Shown one piece after another: positions 29,081 to 38,043 of a stretch of DNA of 64,000 nt. A model generated the notes under the pieces. That model was not told the DNA's origin, ran no database searches, and saw only the letters and a program-made list of their open reading frames with translations. Both the position numbers and the translations under genes were made by a program. Source of the DNA: Blastocatellia bacterium. Lineage in GTDB: Bacteria; Acidobacteriota; Blastocatellia; UBA7656. Position 1 is the stretch's first letter. Each line of letters begins with the position of its first letter. The stretch is taken from positions 18,839 to 82,838 of the forward strand of contig DATFWY010000003.1 of assembly GCA_035258805.1 (NCBI GenBank), in the 5' to 3' direction.

Positions 29081-30000
29081 CCGCTTTCTGTTTTCTTTAG
29101 TTCATCGATTCCAATTGAGCTAGATCGAATGTGAAGATCGCGCTGCGGAAATGGTATTTCGATTCCGTGCTTCCGAAATGATCGCTCGATAGCAAAATTG
29201 ACGCGACTGCGAATAATTGCCTGATCGCGCGGTTCGTCTATCCATACGCGTATCTGCAGTTTCAACGCGGAGTCACCGAAACCATCGAAATGCACCTGGG
29301 GCGCCGGCTCGCTCAATATCTCTTCAACGGACTCGGCCGCCTCGATCAGCGCCTCTGCAGCCTTTTTGAGGTCGCTCGTGTACGCGACCCCAACCGGAAT
29401 GTTTAATCGCACATTCCGATCTCCAAAAGAGAAGTTCACGAATTTATTTTGTACCAGCTTGGAGTTCGGCAGGATCACAGCCATATTCTCATTTGTAACA
29501 ATCATTGTTGAGCGCAAATTGATATTCTTGACGCGTCCTTCTACACCGCCGTCAAGCTCGATCCAGTCGCCGATACGGACCGGTCTCTCAAACAACAGAA
29601 TGAAACCCGAGGCGATATCTGATGCCACGTACTGTAGCCCGAAACCGATGCCAACAGACAAGAACCCGACAATAACAGCAACGCTGGTGAGATCAACGTT
29701 GAACCCAATCTTTACCGCGTACAAGATCCCTAACGAGATGATCAAGTAATGAACAAGTCTAAGAAGCGTGTATTGAAGGCCGAGCTCGATTCGAAATTTG
29801 GGAAGGACGCGCTTCTGCAAAATACGTCGGGTGAATCGCGAGATGAGAGCTGCGATGCAGAAAACCAAAATCAGTAAGAACAGGCTTATGATCGAAACTC
29901 GAAACGAACCTCCCTGCTCGATCAATGGATAGTTCAAGTAACGTAAGACCCGCTCGAACAAGCTTTCCTGCAGGATTAAGGTCGACGGATATTGCACCAA
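29050..30000 (-). CDS. Small-conductance mechanosensitive channel (MscS family)
   Basis: The TM3 pore helix plus beta-domain signature is SVAVIVGFLSVGIGFGLQYVASDIASGFILLFERPVRIGDWIE...GRVKNINLRSTMIVTNEN...LPNSKL. The start is TTG or GTG near 30000, with AGGAGA upstream. Confidence 0.85.
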   Translation of the reverse strand: MVQYPSTLILQESLFERVLRYLNYPLIEQGGSFRVSIISLFLLILVFCIAALISRFTRRILQKRVLPKFRIELGLQYTLLRLVHYLIISLGILYAVKIGFNVDLTSVAVIVGFLSVGIGFGLQYVASDIASGFILLFERPVRIGDWIELDGGVEGRVKNINLRSTMIVTNENMAVILPNSKLVQNKFVNFSFGDRNVRLNIPVGVAYTSDLKKAAEALIEAAESVEEILSEPAPQVHFDGFGDSALKLQIRVWIDEPRDQAIIRSRVNFAIERSFRKHGIEIPFPQRDLHIRSSSIGIDELKKTESGKQKEVGSGS

Positions 30001-30138
30001 ATTCGCATTCTCCTGGTTCGAAAAGAATTGTATGCCCTCGATTGATTATCGAGGCCCAAAGCCACCGCAAGCGCCCATAACTTCAATATAACATTTAGGC
30101 TCGATCAGCCCAACGACGCGAGTATCGGGATTTCTAAT

Positions 30139-30268
30139 CTTCCGGCGTAATCTGCGTCATCTGCGCCACCTGCGGATGGTCGCAGTTGTTGAAGGCTTAG
30201 ACCCAACCATCCACAGATTACGCAGATGATAAGAACCCGAACGCCGTTCTGGTGATAACTTTCCGGCG
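30139..30268. repeat. MITE-like hairpin element with ~25-bp inverted arms, flanked by an imperfect 8/9-bp direct repeat
   Basis: The arms are GTAATCTGCGTCATCTGCGCCACCTGCGGATGGT (30148-30180) and ACCATCCACAGATTACGCAGATGA (30207-30230). The flanking repeats are CTTCCGGCG (30139-30147) and TTTCCGGCG (30260-30268). Confidence 0.6.
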
Positions 30269-30342
30269 ATTGTTATAATGATTGACCGTTTCCCCGAATC
30301 GGGTTGATCGATCCGGCAAAGAAACTGCGGAGGCAATTCTGA

Positions 30343-30885
30343 ATGGAAACCAAATCAGACACGAGGGCGAAAAAAAAGGCCGAATTCTCGGAACAACCCC
30401 AGCGCAAGAGTAAGACTCCTCTCATATTGCTCACAGTTCTGGTTGTGCTGGTCGGCATCGGTGCCTACCTGGTACTGAGCGCCACAAAAGAGAACCCGTC
30501 CGCAACCTCGGTGGCGACGACGCCTGCTTCCCCGTCCTCGGATTCACGTGACATTCGAATCGCATTGTCGGAGCTAAGCGGCACAGCAAAGTTTTTTGAT
30601 TACAAGTTGTCAGACAACAAACCGATCCGGTTTTTTGTAATCAAAAGCTCAGACGGTGTCTATCGAGCGGCTCTCGATGCTTGCGACACCTGCTACCACG
30701 CAAAGAAAGGCTATCATCAGGAAGGCGACGACATGATTTGCAACAACTGCGGCCTGCACTTTCATTCTTCGCAAATAAATGAAGTGCATGGTGGTTGCAA
30801 CCCTGTCGGGCTTCCGCGAACAATCGAGGGCAGTCAACTGGTGATCAAGGCTAGCGAACTGGAGAGTCGCGGGAGTTACTTTTAG
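30343..30885 (+). CDS. DUF2318-like membrane-anchored Cys-rich protein
   Basis: It has an N-terminal TM helix. The Cys cluster is ALDACDTCYHAKKGYHQEGDDMICNNCGLHFH...HGGCNP. GGAGG lies 9 nt upstream of the ATG. The gene immediately precedes an FtsX-ABC pair. Confidence 0.5.
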   Translation: METKSDTRAKKKAEFSEQPQRKSKTPLILLTVLVVLVGIGAYLVLSATKENPSATSVATTPASPSSDSRDIRIALSELSGTAKFFDYKLSDNKPIRFFVIKSSDGVYRAALDACDTCYHAKKGYHQEGDDMICNNCGLHFHSSQINEVHGGCNPVGLPRTIEGSQLVIKASELESRGSYF

Positions 30886-30891
30886 AAGGCC

Positions 30892-32133
30892 ATGCGAATC
30901 AGCACACTCGCTTTTGCAAACTTACGGCGCCGGAAAGGCAAAGCCGTTTTCCTGATCATCGGAATTGCCATCGGTATAGGCACTGGCGTTGCCCTGCTAA
31001 GCCTCAGCACGTCAATCAAAGAAGAGATAGGCTCGCAGCTCGACCGGTTCGGCGCGAACATAGTTGTCGTTCCGCAATCAAACAGCCTGTCCCTGGACTA
31101 CGGCGGGCTTTCGGTATCCAGCGTCTCGTTCGATGTGAAACAGCTCAGAACCGAAGACGCGGCGAGCGTCCTGCAAATACCCTATGCAAATCGTATCAGT
31201 AACATTTCGCCGAAGCTGCTTGGAGCAGTTCGCGTCGAAGGACGCGAGGTGCTTTTGGCCGGCGTTGATTTTGACAGCGAGCTCGTCCTGAAACGCTGGT
31301 GGCAAGTCGCCGGGAAAAAACCTGAAAATGACCAGCAGGTGCTCGTCGGCTACGAAGCAGCACGCGCGCTGTCCCTGATCGAACCAACATCTTCAACACA
31401 GCCGCCTCACGTTTCTCACGGAGGTTCGCACCAGCCCGATGAAAACCAGTTTCAATTCAAAATCGTACGTAATCATTTGACTATTGCAGATCAGGATCAC
31501 GAGATAGCCGGAGTTATTTCGCAGACCGGCGGGCCCGAAGATCAGATGATTTTTGGATCGCTGGGTCACGTCCAGCGCCTGCTCAATAAGCCGGGGCAAT
31601 TGAGCCTGATCGAGGTCAGCGCTCTATGCAAGGACTGTCCGATCGGCGACATAGTCTCGCAGATCAGCGAACAGATTCCTCATGCAAAAGTATCAGCAAT
31701 TCAGCAGTCAGTGCGCGCAAGATCAGAAACGGTGGGGCGGCTGACTCGATTCTCGGCGGCGGTTTCCGCCGTGGTACTCGTGATCGGCGCATTGATGATC
31801 TTTACTACAATGACCGGATCAGTGATTGAACGAACCAAAGAAATCGGCGTTCTGCGAGCAATCGGCTTTCGCCGCGCTCACATTATCAAAGGCTTGTTGA
31901 TTGAAGTTTCGGTTATTGGTCTGCTCGGCGGGTTGCTGGGATGGGGCGTCGGACTGCTTGCGAGCTGGATGGCGCTACCTTACTTTTCGGAAACCAGAAT
32001 CCCGTTTGAACTAAAGCCGGTGCTTGGCATTGTGGCAATGGCCGCCGGCTTGATCATCGGATCGATCAGCAGCTTTTACCCGATAGTTCGCGCATCGCGG
32101 CTCGATCCGTCAGAAGCCGTGCGTTACGTTTGA
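30892..32133 (+). CDS. ABC transporter permease, FtsX/MacB-like
   Basis: The N-terminus is FANLRRRKGKAVFLIIGIAIGIGTGVAL. A large periplasmic domain follows. The C-terminal FtsX 4-TM bundle is present (ERTKEIGVLRAIGFRRAHIIKGLLIE). Confidence 0.8.
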   Translation: MRISTLAFANLRRRKGKAVFLIIGIAIGIGTGVALLSLSTSIKEEIGSQLDRFGANIVVVPQSNSLSLDYGGLSVSSVSFDVKQLRTEDAASVLQIPYANRISNISPKLLGAVRVEGREVLLAGVDFDSELVLKRWWQVAGKKPENDQQVLVGYEAARALSLIEPTSSTQPPHVSHGGSHQPDENQFQFKIVRNHLTIADQDHEIAGVISQTGGPEDQMIFGSLGHVQRLLNKPGQLSLIEVSALCKDCPIGDIVSQISEQIPHAKVSAIQQSVRARSETVGRLTRFSAAVSAVVLVIGALMIFTTMTGSVIERTKEIGVLRAIGFRRAHIIKGLLIEVSVIGLLGGLLGWGVGLLASWMALPYFSETRIPFELKPVLGIVAMAAGLIIGSISSFYPIVRASRLDPSEAVRYV

Positions 32134-32218
32134 TCTTTGCGCCCTCGCGTCTTTGCGACTCTGCGTTACGTGAAGGTATTTCATAGCCGCCTAATCGGTC
32201 TAACGATTTCAACCCCTC

Positions 32219-32890
32219 ATGCCCTTCCTGAAGATCGAAAAAGTTACAAAGGTCTACGAAGCCAACGGCGCTTCGCCGGTTGTCAGAGTCCTGTCCGACG
32301 TCGACGTTGAAATTGAGGAAGCCGAATTCGTTTGTTTAATGGGTCCGTCCGGCTCGGGCAAGAGCACTCTGCTTACGATCGTTGGGGCGATGAATCATCC
32401 TACTGAAGGGCGCGTGCTTGTCGACGATATCGATATTTACAGTCTCTCCGACGAGCGTCGTGCGGATTTTCGGCGTGAGTACCTTGGTTTTGTATTCCAG
32501 CAGCATCACTTAATGCCATATCTGAACGCACTCGAGAACGCGATGCTGCCACTCGCCACGGCCGAGATGAACACAAGAGAAAAACGCGACCGGGCGGCCA
32601 ACGCTCTGGCAAGAGTCGGTCTCAATGGCAAGGCGTTGAGGCTACCGAATCAACTCTCAGGGGGCGAACAAGGGCGGCTCGCAATTGCGCGGGCAATTAT
32701 CAACGAACCTCCGTTAATTCTGGCGGATGAACCAACCGGATCACTGGACACAAAGACCGGCGCCGAAATAATGGAGGTCTTTTTGAATTTAAATGCACAG
32801 GGCCAGACGGTATTTATGGTCACCCACAATGCAGAGAACTCAGCGCTGGCTCATCGGATAATAAATATTGTTGATGGGAGGATAGGATAA
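32219..32890 (+). CDS. ABC transporter ATP-binding protein (LolD/MacB-type)
   Basis: Walker A is GPSGSGKSTLL, the ABC signature is LSGGEQGRLAIARA, and Walker B is LILADEPTGSLD. Confidence 0.9.
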   Translation: MPFLKIEKVTKVYEANGASPVVRVLSDVDVEIEEAEFVCLMGPSGSGKSTLLTIVGAMNHPTEGRVLVDDIDIYSLSDERRADFRREYLGFVFQQHHLMPYLNALENAMLPLATAEMNTREKRDRAANALARVGLNGKALRLPNQLSGGEQGRLAIARAIINEPPLILADEPTGSLDTKTGAEIMEVFLNLNAQGQTVFMVTHNAENSALAHRIINIVDGRIG

Positions 32891-32926
32891 GAAGAACGTT
32901 CAGCGTTCAGAGTTTCCGGTTTGTGG

Positions 32927-33709
32927 TTACAGCGGCGGATTGAATCTTCCGTCTACAGCCGTCCAGCCACCATCCACAAACACTACTGTCCCCGTCACGT
33001 AGCTCGACGCGTCGGATGCCAGGAATACAACCGGTCCGATCATTTCATCAGCGCTCGCCCATCGTCCTAATGCGCTCTTCGCTTCATAAGCTGCATACCA
33101 CTGAGCGTGATCTTTGATAGGCCGCGTCAACGGAGTTTCCACCACCCCCGGCGCAATCGCGTTCACCCTCACGCCTCGTGGACCCAATTCAGCTGAAAGC
33201 GCCCGAACCATTTGTACAATCCCCGCTTTTGTTGCGGCGTACACGCCCTGCCCCGGCTCAACAACAACAGAGCGGATGGAAGAAAAAGCGATGATGCTGC
33301 CGTAACCCTGCGCAGACATGATCTTTCCGGCTTCACGAAGAACTCGAAACGTACCTTTCAGGTTTAGCTCGACGACCCGGTCGAATTCGGAATCTTCGTA
33401 ATTCGAAATTGCTTTGCGAACATTAGCGCCCGGCGTAGTCACCACGACGTCCACGCGCTTCTCGTTTTCAATAATTGAGCTGAACAGGTTGGAGACGTTT
33501 TCACTCTGACGGATGTCAACGGTCATTGCTCTTGCTCTTCCGTCGATCTGTCGCACTGTTTCGCTGGCTGCCTCTGAGTTCGAATCAGCACAAATAACAA
33601 ACGCACCGTGCGCAGCGAGTCCCTTCGCCGCAGATTGACCTATTCCCGACCCAGCGCCTATGACAACAGCAACACGGCCGCTCAGATCGAAAAGTTTCGT
33701 GTAATCCAT
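32927..33709 (-). CDS. SDR-family oxidoreductase
   Basis: VAVVIGAGSGIGQSAAKGLAAHGA is the TGxxxGxG Rossmann motif. The YxxxK catalytic dyad is present (YAATKAG). Confidence 0.85.
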   Translation of the reverse strand: MDYTKLFDLSGRVAVVIGAGSGIGQSAAKGLAAHGAFVICADSNSEAASETVRQIDGRARAMTVDIRQSENVSNLFSSIIENEKRVDVVVTTPGANVRKAISNYEDSEFDRVVELNLKGTFRVLREAGKIMSAQGYGSIIAFSSIRSVVVEPGQGVYAATKAGIVQMVRALSAELGPRGVRVNAIAPGVVETPLTRPIKDHAQWYAAYEAKSALGRWASADEMIGPVVFLASDASSYVTGTVVFVDGGWTAVDGRFNPPL

Positions 33710-33772
33710 TTTTATTCCTTAAATCGTTCGGCGTTCAGCGTTTCACGTTCAGAGTTTATCTGACAGCCAGAC

Positions 33773-35206
33773 TTATTCAGTTGTAGTGAGACTCTGCTGA
33801 GGCTCCTGTGTCACGCTTTTTCCCGCGGCTGATGTGATCCACATTGTAAGAGCGCCAGAGACAATTCCGATAATCAATGAGGGAACTCCGCTGACTCCAC
33901 GGCCTTTTGAGATCAGGTCAATGGCGAATGTTATGACTACTGAAATAATCATCGAGACTGTTGCAGAATGCGCAGTCACCTTCCGAGTGTACAAACCGGC
34001 TATCAAGGGCAGAGTCAATGCAGCTGCCAACAAAGTATAGAAAATGCTCAAGGCGGTAATTACTGTCGGGAGAAAGCTCGCCAGAATCGCCCCGGCCATA
34101 CCGCAGACGATCGCCGCAGCTTTTGCAACGCGCATCAATCGTTCATCTGTCGCCTCGGGATTGACGAACGATTTGTAGAGGTCCTTGCCCAAGGACGTGC
34201 TCAACATAAACAACGCAGCATCGGCCGCGCTCAGCTCTGCCGAAAAAATCGCCCCCAACAGCAGAGCCCCAAGCCACAAAGGCAGCGCTTGAGTCAACAA
34301 AGTCGGAAGCGCAAGCTCGTGATTTGTAAGCCCGGGAAACCGCGCACGCGCAATGACCCCGATCAACACTGGCACGATCGCGTAAGCCAGCAAGGATACG
34401 GCGTTCAACCCTACGCCGACTCGCACTGCCTTCTTGTCACGAGCCCCGAAAACTTTTTGCAACAAACCGGGAGAGATAACAAACGACGGCGCAAGGATCG
34501 CAAGATATCCCAGGGCCACCGGCCAGTTTTGGCCTAGAAGACCGAAGTACTTATCGATCGGCTCAACCCCCGACCGGGCAAGCTGTTCTTTTGTTAAGCC
34601 ATCGCCGGTGTTCAGAAGGTAAACCAACGCCAACAGGAAGCCGGCCATCTTGACTGTCAACTGCAGCACATTGACTCGCGCGGTTGCGTGCAGCCCTCCG
34701 AGGCTGAAATAGGTCGTGATCACTATGGCAGCGATTGCGCAACCAACCGGCTTACTCACACCGGCGACCACATTGAGGATCCATGCCACTGCAATAAGCT
34801 GCCCCGCTAGAATTGACAGAGAACCAAACCAGAGCAGTAGTGCGGTCAACCCCCGAACTCTTTTGTCATATCGGAACTCCAGATAGTCGCCAACAGTGTA
34901 GAGGTCATGTTCCTTCGCGACTTGCCAAATCTTTGGCCCAACCGCAAACGCCAGGATCAGTGAGCCGATTCCGGCAGATCCCACCCACCACCAGGCCGAT
35001 AAGCCATTGCGATAACCAAGCCCTGCCGCTCCGACCGTTGAACCTGCGCCGATGTTGGCAGCAAGTAGAGTTGAAAAAATCAGCCCCGCTCCCAACCCTC
35101 GACCCGCGACGAAGAAATCGCTCGAGGCTCTAACTCGACGCGAAACTATCGCCCCAAACAACATCATTAAAGCAGCATAGATGATGAGAATGATAAGGAG
35201 GGTCAT
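33773..35206 (-). CDS. Sodium:solute symporter (SSS family)
   Basis: 477 aa with ~13 TM helices. The N-terminus is DFFVAGRGLGAGLIFSTLLAANIGAGSTVGAAGLGYRNGLSAWWW. Confidence 0.8.
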   Translation of the reverse strand: MTLLIILIIYAALMMLFGAIVSRRVRASSDFFVAGRGLGAGLIFSTLLAANIGAGSTVGAAGLGYRNGLSAWWWVGSAGIGSLILAFAVGPKIWQVAKEHDLYTVGDYLEFRYDKRVRGLTALLLWFGSLSILAGQLIAVAWILNVVAGVSKPVGCAIAAIVITTYFSLGGLHATARVNVLQLTVKMAGFLLALVYLLNTGDGLTKEQLARSGVEPIDKYFGLLGQNWPVALGYLAILAPSFVISPGLLQKVFGARDKKAVRVGVGLNAVSLLAYAIVPVLIGVIARARFPGLTNHELALPTLLTQALPLWLGALLLGAIFSAELSAADAALFMLSTSLGKDLYKSFVNPEATDERLMRVAKAAAIVCGMAGAILASFLPTVITALSIFYTLLAAALTLPLIAGLYTRKVTAHSATVSMIISVVITFAIDLISKGRGVSGVPSLIIGIVSGALTMWITSAAGKSVTQEPQQSLTTTE

Positions 35207-35318
35207 CAGGGTCTGGTGAGAACTGAATCTGTGCCTTTGCGTCTTTGCGACTTAACGGCTTTGCGTTTATAGCGTCATTGTTGCCGAATACATTGACCAG
35301 CCTCCCAGCGATCACTCA

Positions 35319-36419
35319 TCACAAATCTGCCGCACTCGGCAAACCCGCGATCGAGCGCGCGGCGCGGACAGCACGAAGAACGGCTTGCGCGACCGCCTCA
35401 GCTGCAAGCGCTCCTATTAATGTTAGATTCGCCGTCTTCGAAGACTTGCCGGTTGCCAGCGCAAACATAGTGTCGCCATCAAAAGCCGTGTGAACCGGAT
35501 TAATTGTCCGAGCCAATCCGTCGTGCGACATCTGAGCAACCTTTGAAGCCTGTGTCTTCGTTAACACGACATCAGTGGCAACAACTCCAATCGTAGTAGC
35601 CGTGCCCTCGAGCGCGGGCGGCAATGCCTCACCTCTGAGAATCGCGGCCATCGAATTGACTAACGCCTTGCCATCTTTTGTGCGAGCTCCTGCTACCGGT
35701 TTTCCGTTTGCGGGATCGTAGACATCACCGATTGCGTTTACAGCCACGATCGCGCCAACCTTGATTCCGTTGAGCTTGATACACGACGTACCTATGCCGC
35801 TCTTCATCGCACGGGCCATTCCAAAAAGCTTACCCACCGTTGCTCCCGCTCCTGCTCCCACATTGCCCTCGGCGGGAGGTGTCGGGGCGGCCGCCTTGCA
35901 TGCTTTGTAGCCGGCTTCTGCGTCGGGACGGATCTTCGCGTCGCCAACGCTGAGGTCAAAGAGAATCGCCGCCGGAACTATCGGCACTCTAGCTACCCGC
36001 ATGTCGAAGCCAATTCCATGCTCTTCAAGCCAACGCATCGCACCGCTGGCTGCTTCGAGTCCGAAAGCGCTTCCTCCGGCAAGCATGATGGCGTGGACAG
36101 TCTGAACTGTATTGATTGGATTGAGCAGATCAGTATCACGCGTTCCCGGCGCTGCACCGCGAACATCGACACCTGCTACGGCGCCTTCCTCGGTCAGGAT
36201 TACGGTGCAACCCGTTGGCCTCCGCGAATCAGTGAAATGTCCAACCTTAACTCCGGCGACATCGGTAATAGAACCCTGGTCTTCGAGCAGGAAGCCAGTT
36301 CCAAACGTTGCGGCGTCGCCCACAATGCCTGCGCCGGTGGCGGCAAGAGCGCCGCCGATAACTTCGCGCCTCGTGGGTTTTGATTTCACGTGTTTCAACC
36401 TCCAGATCCGTACAACCAC
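35319..36419 (-). CDS. Peptidase S58 (DmpA/L-aminopeptidase D-Ala-esterase family), probable Tat signal
   Basis: KVGHFTDSRRPTGCTVIL...GVDVRGAAPGTRDTDLLNP...LAGGSAFGLEAA matches DmpA/P1-type aminopeptidases. The N-terminal ...KPTRREVIGGALAATGAG is twin-arginine-like. Confidence 0.75.
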   Translation of the reverse strand: MVVRIWRLKHVKSKPTRREVIGGALAATGAGIVGDAATFGTGFLLEDQGSITDVAGVKVGHFTDSRRPTGCTVILTEEGAVAGVDVRGAAPGTRDTDLLNPINTVQTVHAIMLAGGSAFGLEAASGAMRWLEEHGIGFDMRVARVPIVPAAILFDLSVGDAKIRPDAEAGYKACKAAAPTPPAEGNVGAGAGATVGKLFGMARAMKSGIGTSCIKLNGIKVGAIVAVNAIGDVYDPANGKPVAGARTKDGKALVNSMAAILRGEALPPALEGTATTIGVVATDVVLTKTQASKVAQMSHDGLARTINPVHTAFDGDTMFALATGKSSKTANLTLIGALAAEAVAQAVLRAVRAARSIAGLPSAADL

Positions 36420-36507
36420 GTAGTAACGATTTCAGTCGCTCTCTCTTCCAGGTAGTAGCGACTTCAGTCGTTCTGAGCAAGTAATGAGGTACTCGCTACG
36501 ACTGATG

Positions 36508-36578
36508 TACCGTAGACTGTCTAGTCTGCGAAATTTTACGAATTCACAGACATCCGCAGACTGGACAGTCTACGGTAC
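36508..36578. repeat. Palindromic repeat family A, copy 2
   Basis: GTACCGTAGACTGTCTAGTCTGCG-N24-CGCAGACTGGACAGTCTACGGTAC. The right arm overlaps the M20 stop at 36570 and is terminator-like. Confidence 0.8.
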
Positions 36579-37850
36579 GTCACTCCCAATCAACCGCATC
36601 GCACCAATCGCCATCGCTTTGCACGCATCAGTCAGGTGTTCTATCTCACAATATTCATCAGGTTGATGCGCCAGTTTTAGTATACCGGGACCATACGCTA
36701 TGCACTGCTCGATGCCGGCAATTCGAGCGAAGTGTTTCTGGTCATAAGTGCCGGGACTCGCAATCAGCGGAGTCTCACGACCCACTGTCTCTGTCACGAC
36801 CTGTTTCATCGTCCTCACAAGTTGAGAATCCGGCTCGGTCATGGTTGGATGCACAATCAGCTTGTCCCGAAGCTCATAATCGAGCTCCGGATCTTCTGTT
36901 CGCAGCTCCTCCATTATTTGGATGATTTCCAAACGGACATCGTCTAACGCTTCTTCGATCAAAAACCGGCGGTCGAACACGGCTCGACAGAGATCCGCGA
37001 CGCAGGGAGTCTGTGGTGAATCTGGATCCTGGCCGCCGACCAGCGAATTTACATTGATAGTGGCGCTTCGGGCACCTTCAGGTTCGACAGGCATTCGAGT
37101 CCGACGTTTGGCTAGTCTCGGCTTCAGCTGGCGTTCGATACGTTCGATAAGCCGGGCCATTCGATCGATGGCGCTGACACCCAGAAAAGGCATGCTGCCG
37201 TGCGCGATTCGCCCGCGCATAAGAACTTCAAACCAGTACACACCTCGATGACCAAGGCAAATCCTGTCATAGTCAAGAGGCTCGGTGATAATCACGTAAT
37301 CGACCTGGTCCGGTCTGATATAACCGTGCTCCGCGAGATAAGCTACGCCGGCAAAGCCTCCGCTCTCCTCGTCTACGGTAGCGCTCTGTTCGATCGAACC
37401 CGCCAGCTTAACGCCGGCGCGCCGCAGCGCTTCGATTGCAAACAACGATGCAGCGATACCGGATTTTTGATCCGTGACGCCTCGGCCGTATATCCGGCCG
37501 TCCTTTACCTCGCCCGCAAAGGGATCGAGGGTCCAGCCTGTCCCCGGCGGGACAACGTCAATGTGCCCGTTGAAGTGAAGCGTCGGGTGAAAATGCGAGC
37601 CAGGAAGACGTCCGATGACGTTGATGCGTGGATGTTTGAGGGAGCATTCGGGCCGATCCGAGACCTCGACAAAACTCACATCGTACCCGAATTCTGTAAG
37701 CTTATCTGAAACGAAATGGGCGCAATCCTTGTAGTTCTCCCCTGGTGGATTGATCGTAGGAATTCGCACAAACGCACGCAGCCAATCAACCATCTCACCC
37801 GCAAGCTCATTCACGCGAGCCACGATGTGTTCTTCAATGGTGTTTCGCAT
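36570..37850 (-). CDS. M20-family metallopeptidase (ArgE/DapE/CPG2-like)
   Basis: NGHIDVVPPGTGW...DPF...GRIYGRGVTDQKSGIAASLFAIEAL is the M20 signature, including the metal-binding His/Asp and the catalytic GxxD...K. Confidence 0.8.
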   Translation of the reverse strand: MRNTIEEHIVARVNELAGEMVDWLRAFVRIPTINPPGENYKDCAHFVSDKLTEFGYDVSFVEVSDRPECSLKHPRINVIGRLPGSHFHPTLHFNGHIDVVPPGTGWTLDPFAGEVKDGRIYGRGVTDQKSGIAASLFAIEALRRAGVKLAGSIEQSATVDEESGGFAGVAYLAEHGYIRPDQVDYVIITEPLDYDRICLGHRGVYWFEVLMRGRIAHGSMPFLGVSAIDRMARLIERIERQLKPRLAKRRTRMPVEPEGARSATINVNSLVGGQDPDSPQTPCVADLCRAVFDRRFLIEEALDDVRLEIIQIMEELRTEDPELDYELRDKLIVHPTMTEPDSQLVRTMKQVVTETVGRETPLIASPGTYDQKHFARIAGIEQCIAYGPGILKLAHQPDEYCEIEHLTDACKAMAIGAMRLIGSDVP

Positions 37851-38043
37851 AATGATCGACTACACGCTGTTAGTGCCGGACAGAAGACTAGCAGGCTCCC
37901 TCTGTGCGAGTCTCATCGTGCTCCGCGGCTCTGCGATGAAGTTCCAGCCCATCGAATACATCATCGCAGAGACACAGAGTTCGCGGACGTGCGCAGAGAA
38001 ATCTTCCGGCAGGCTTCGATCAGGCGGAACTACAAACCGGACA

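Noticed and set aside
36484-36666. 60-aa plus-strand ORF
   Set aside because: It is composed largely of the palindromic repeat (family A copy 2) and overlaps the 3' end of the M20 gene.
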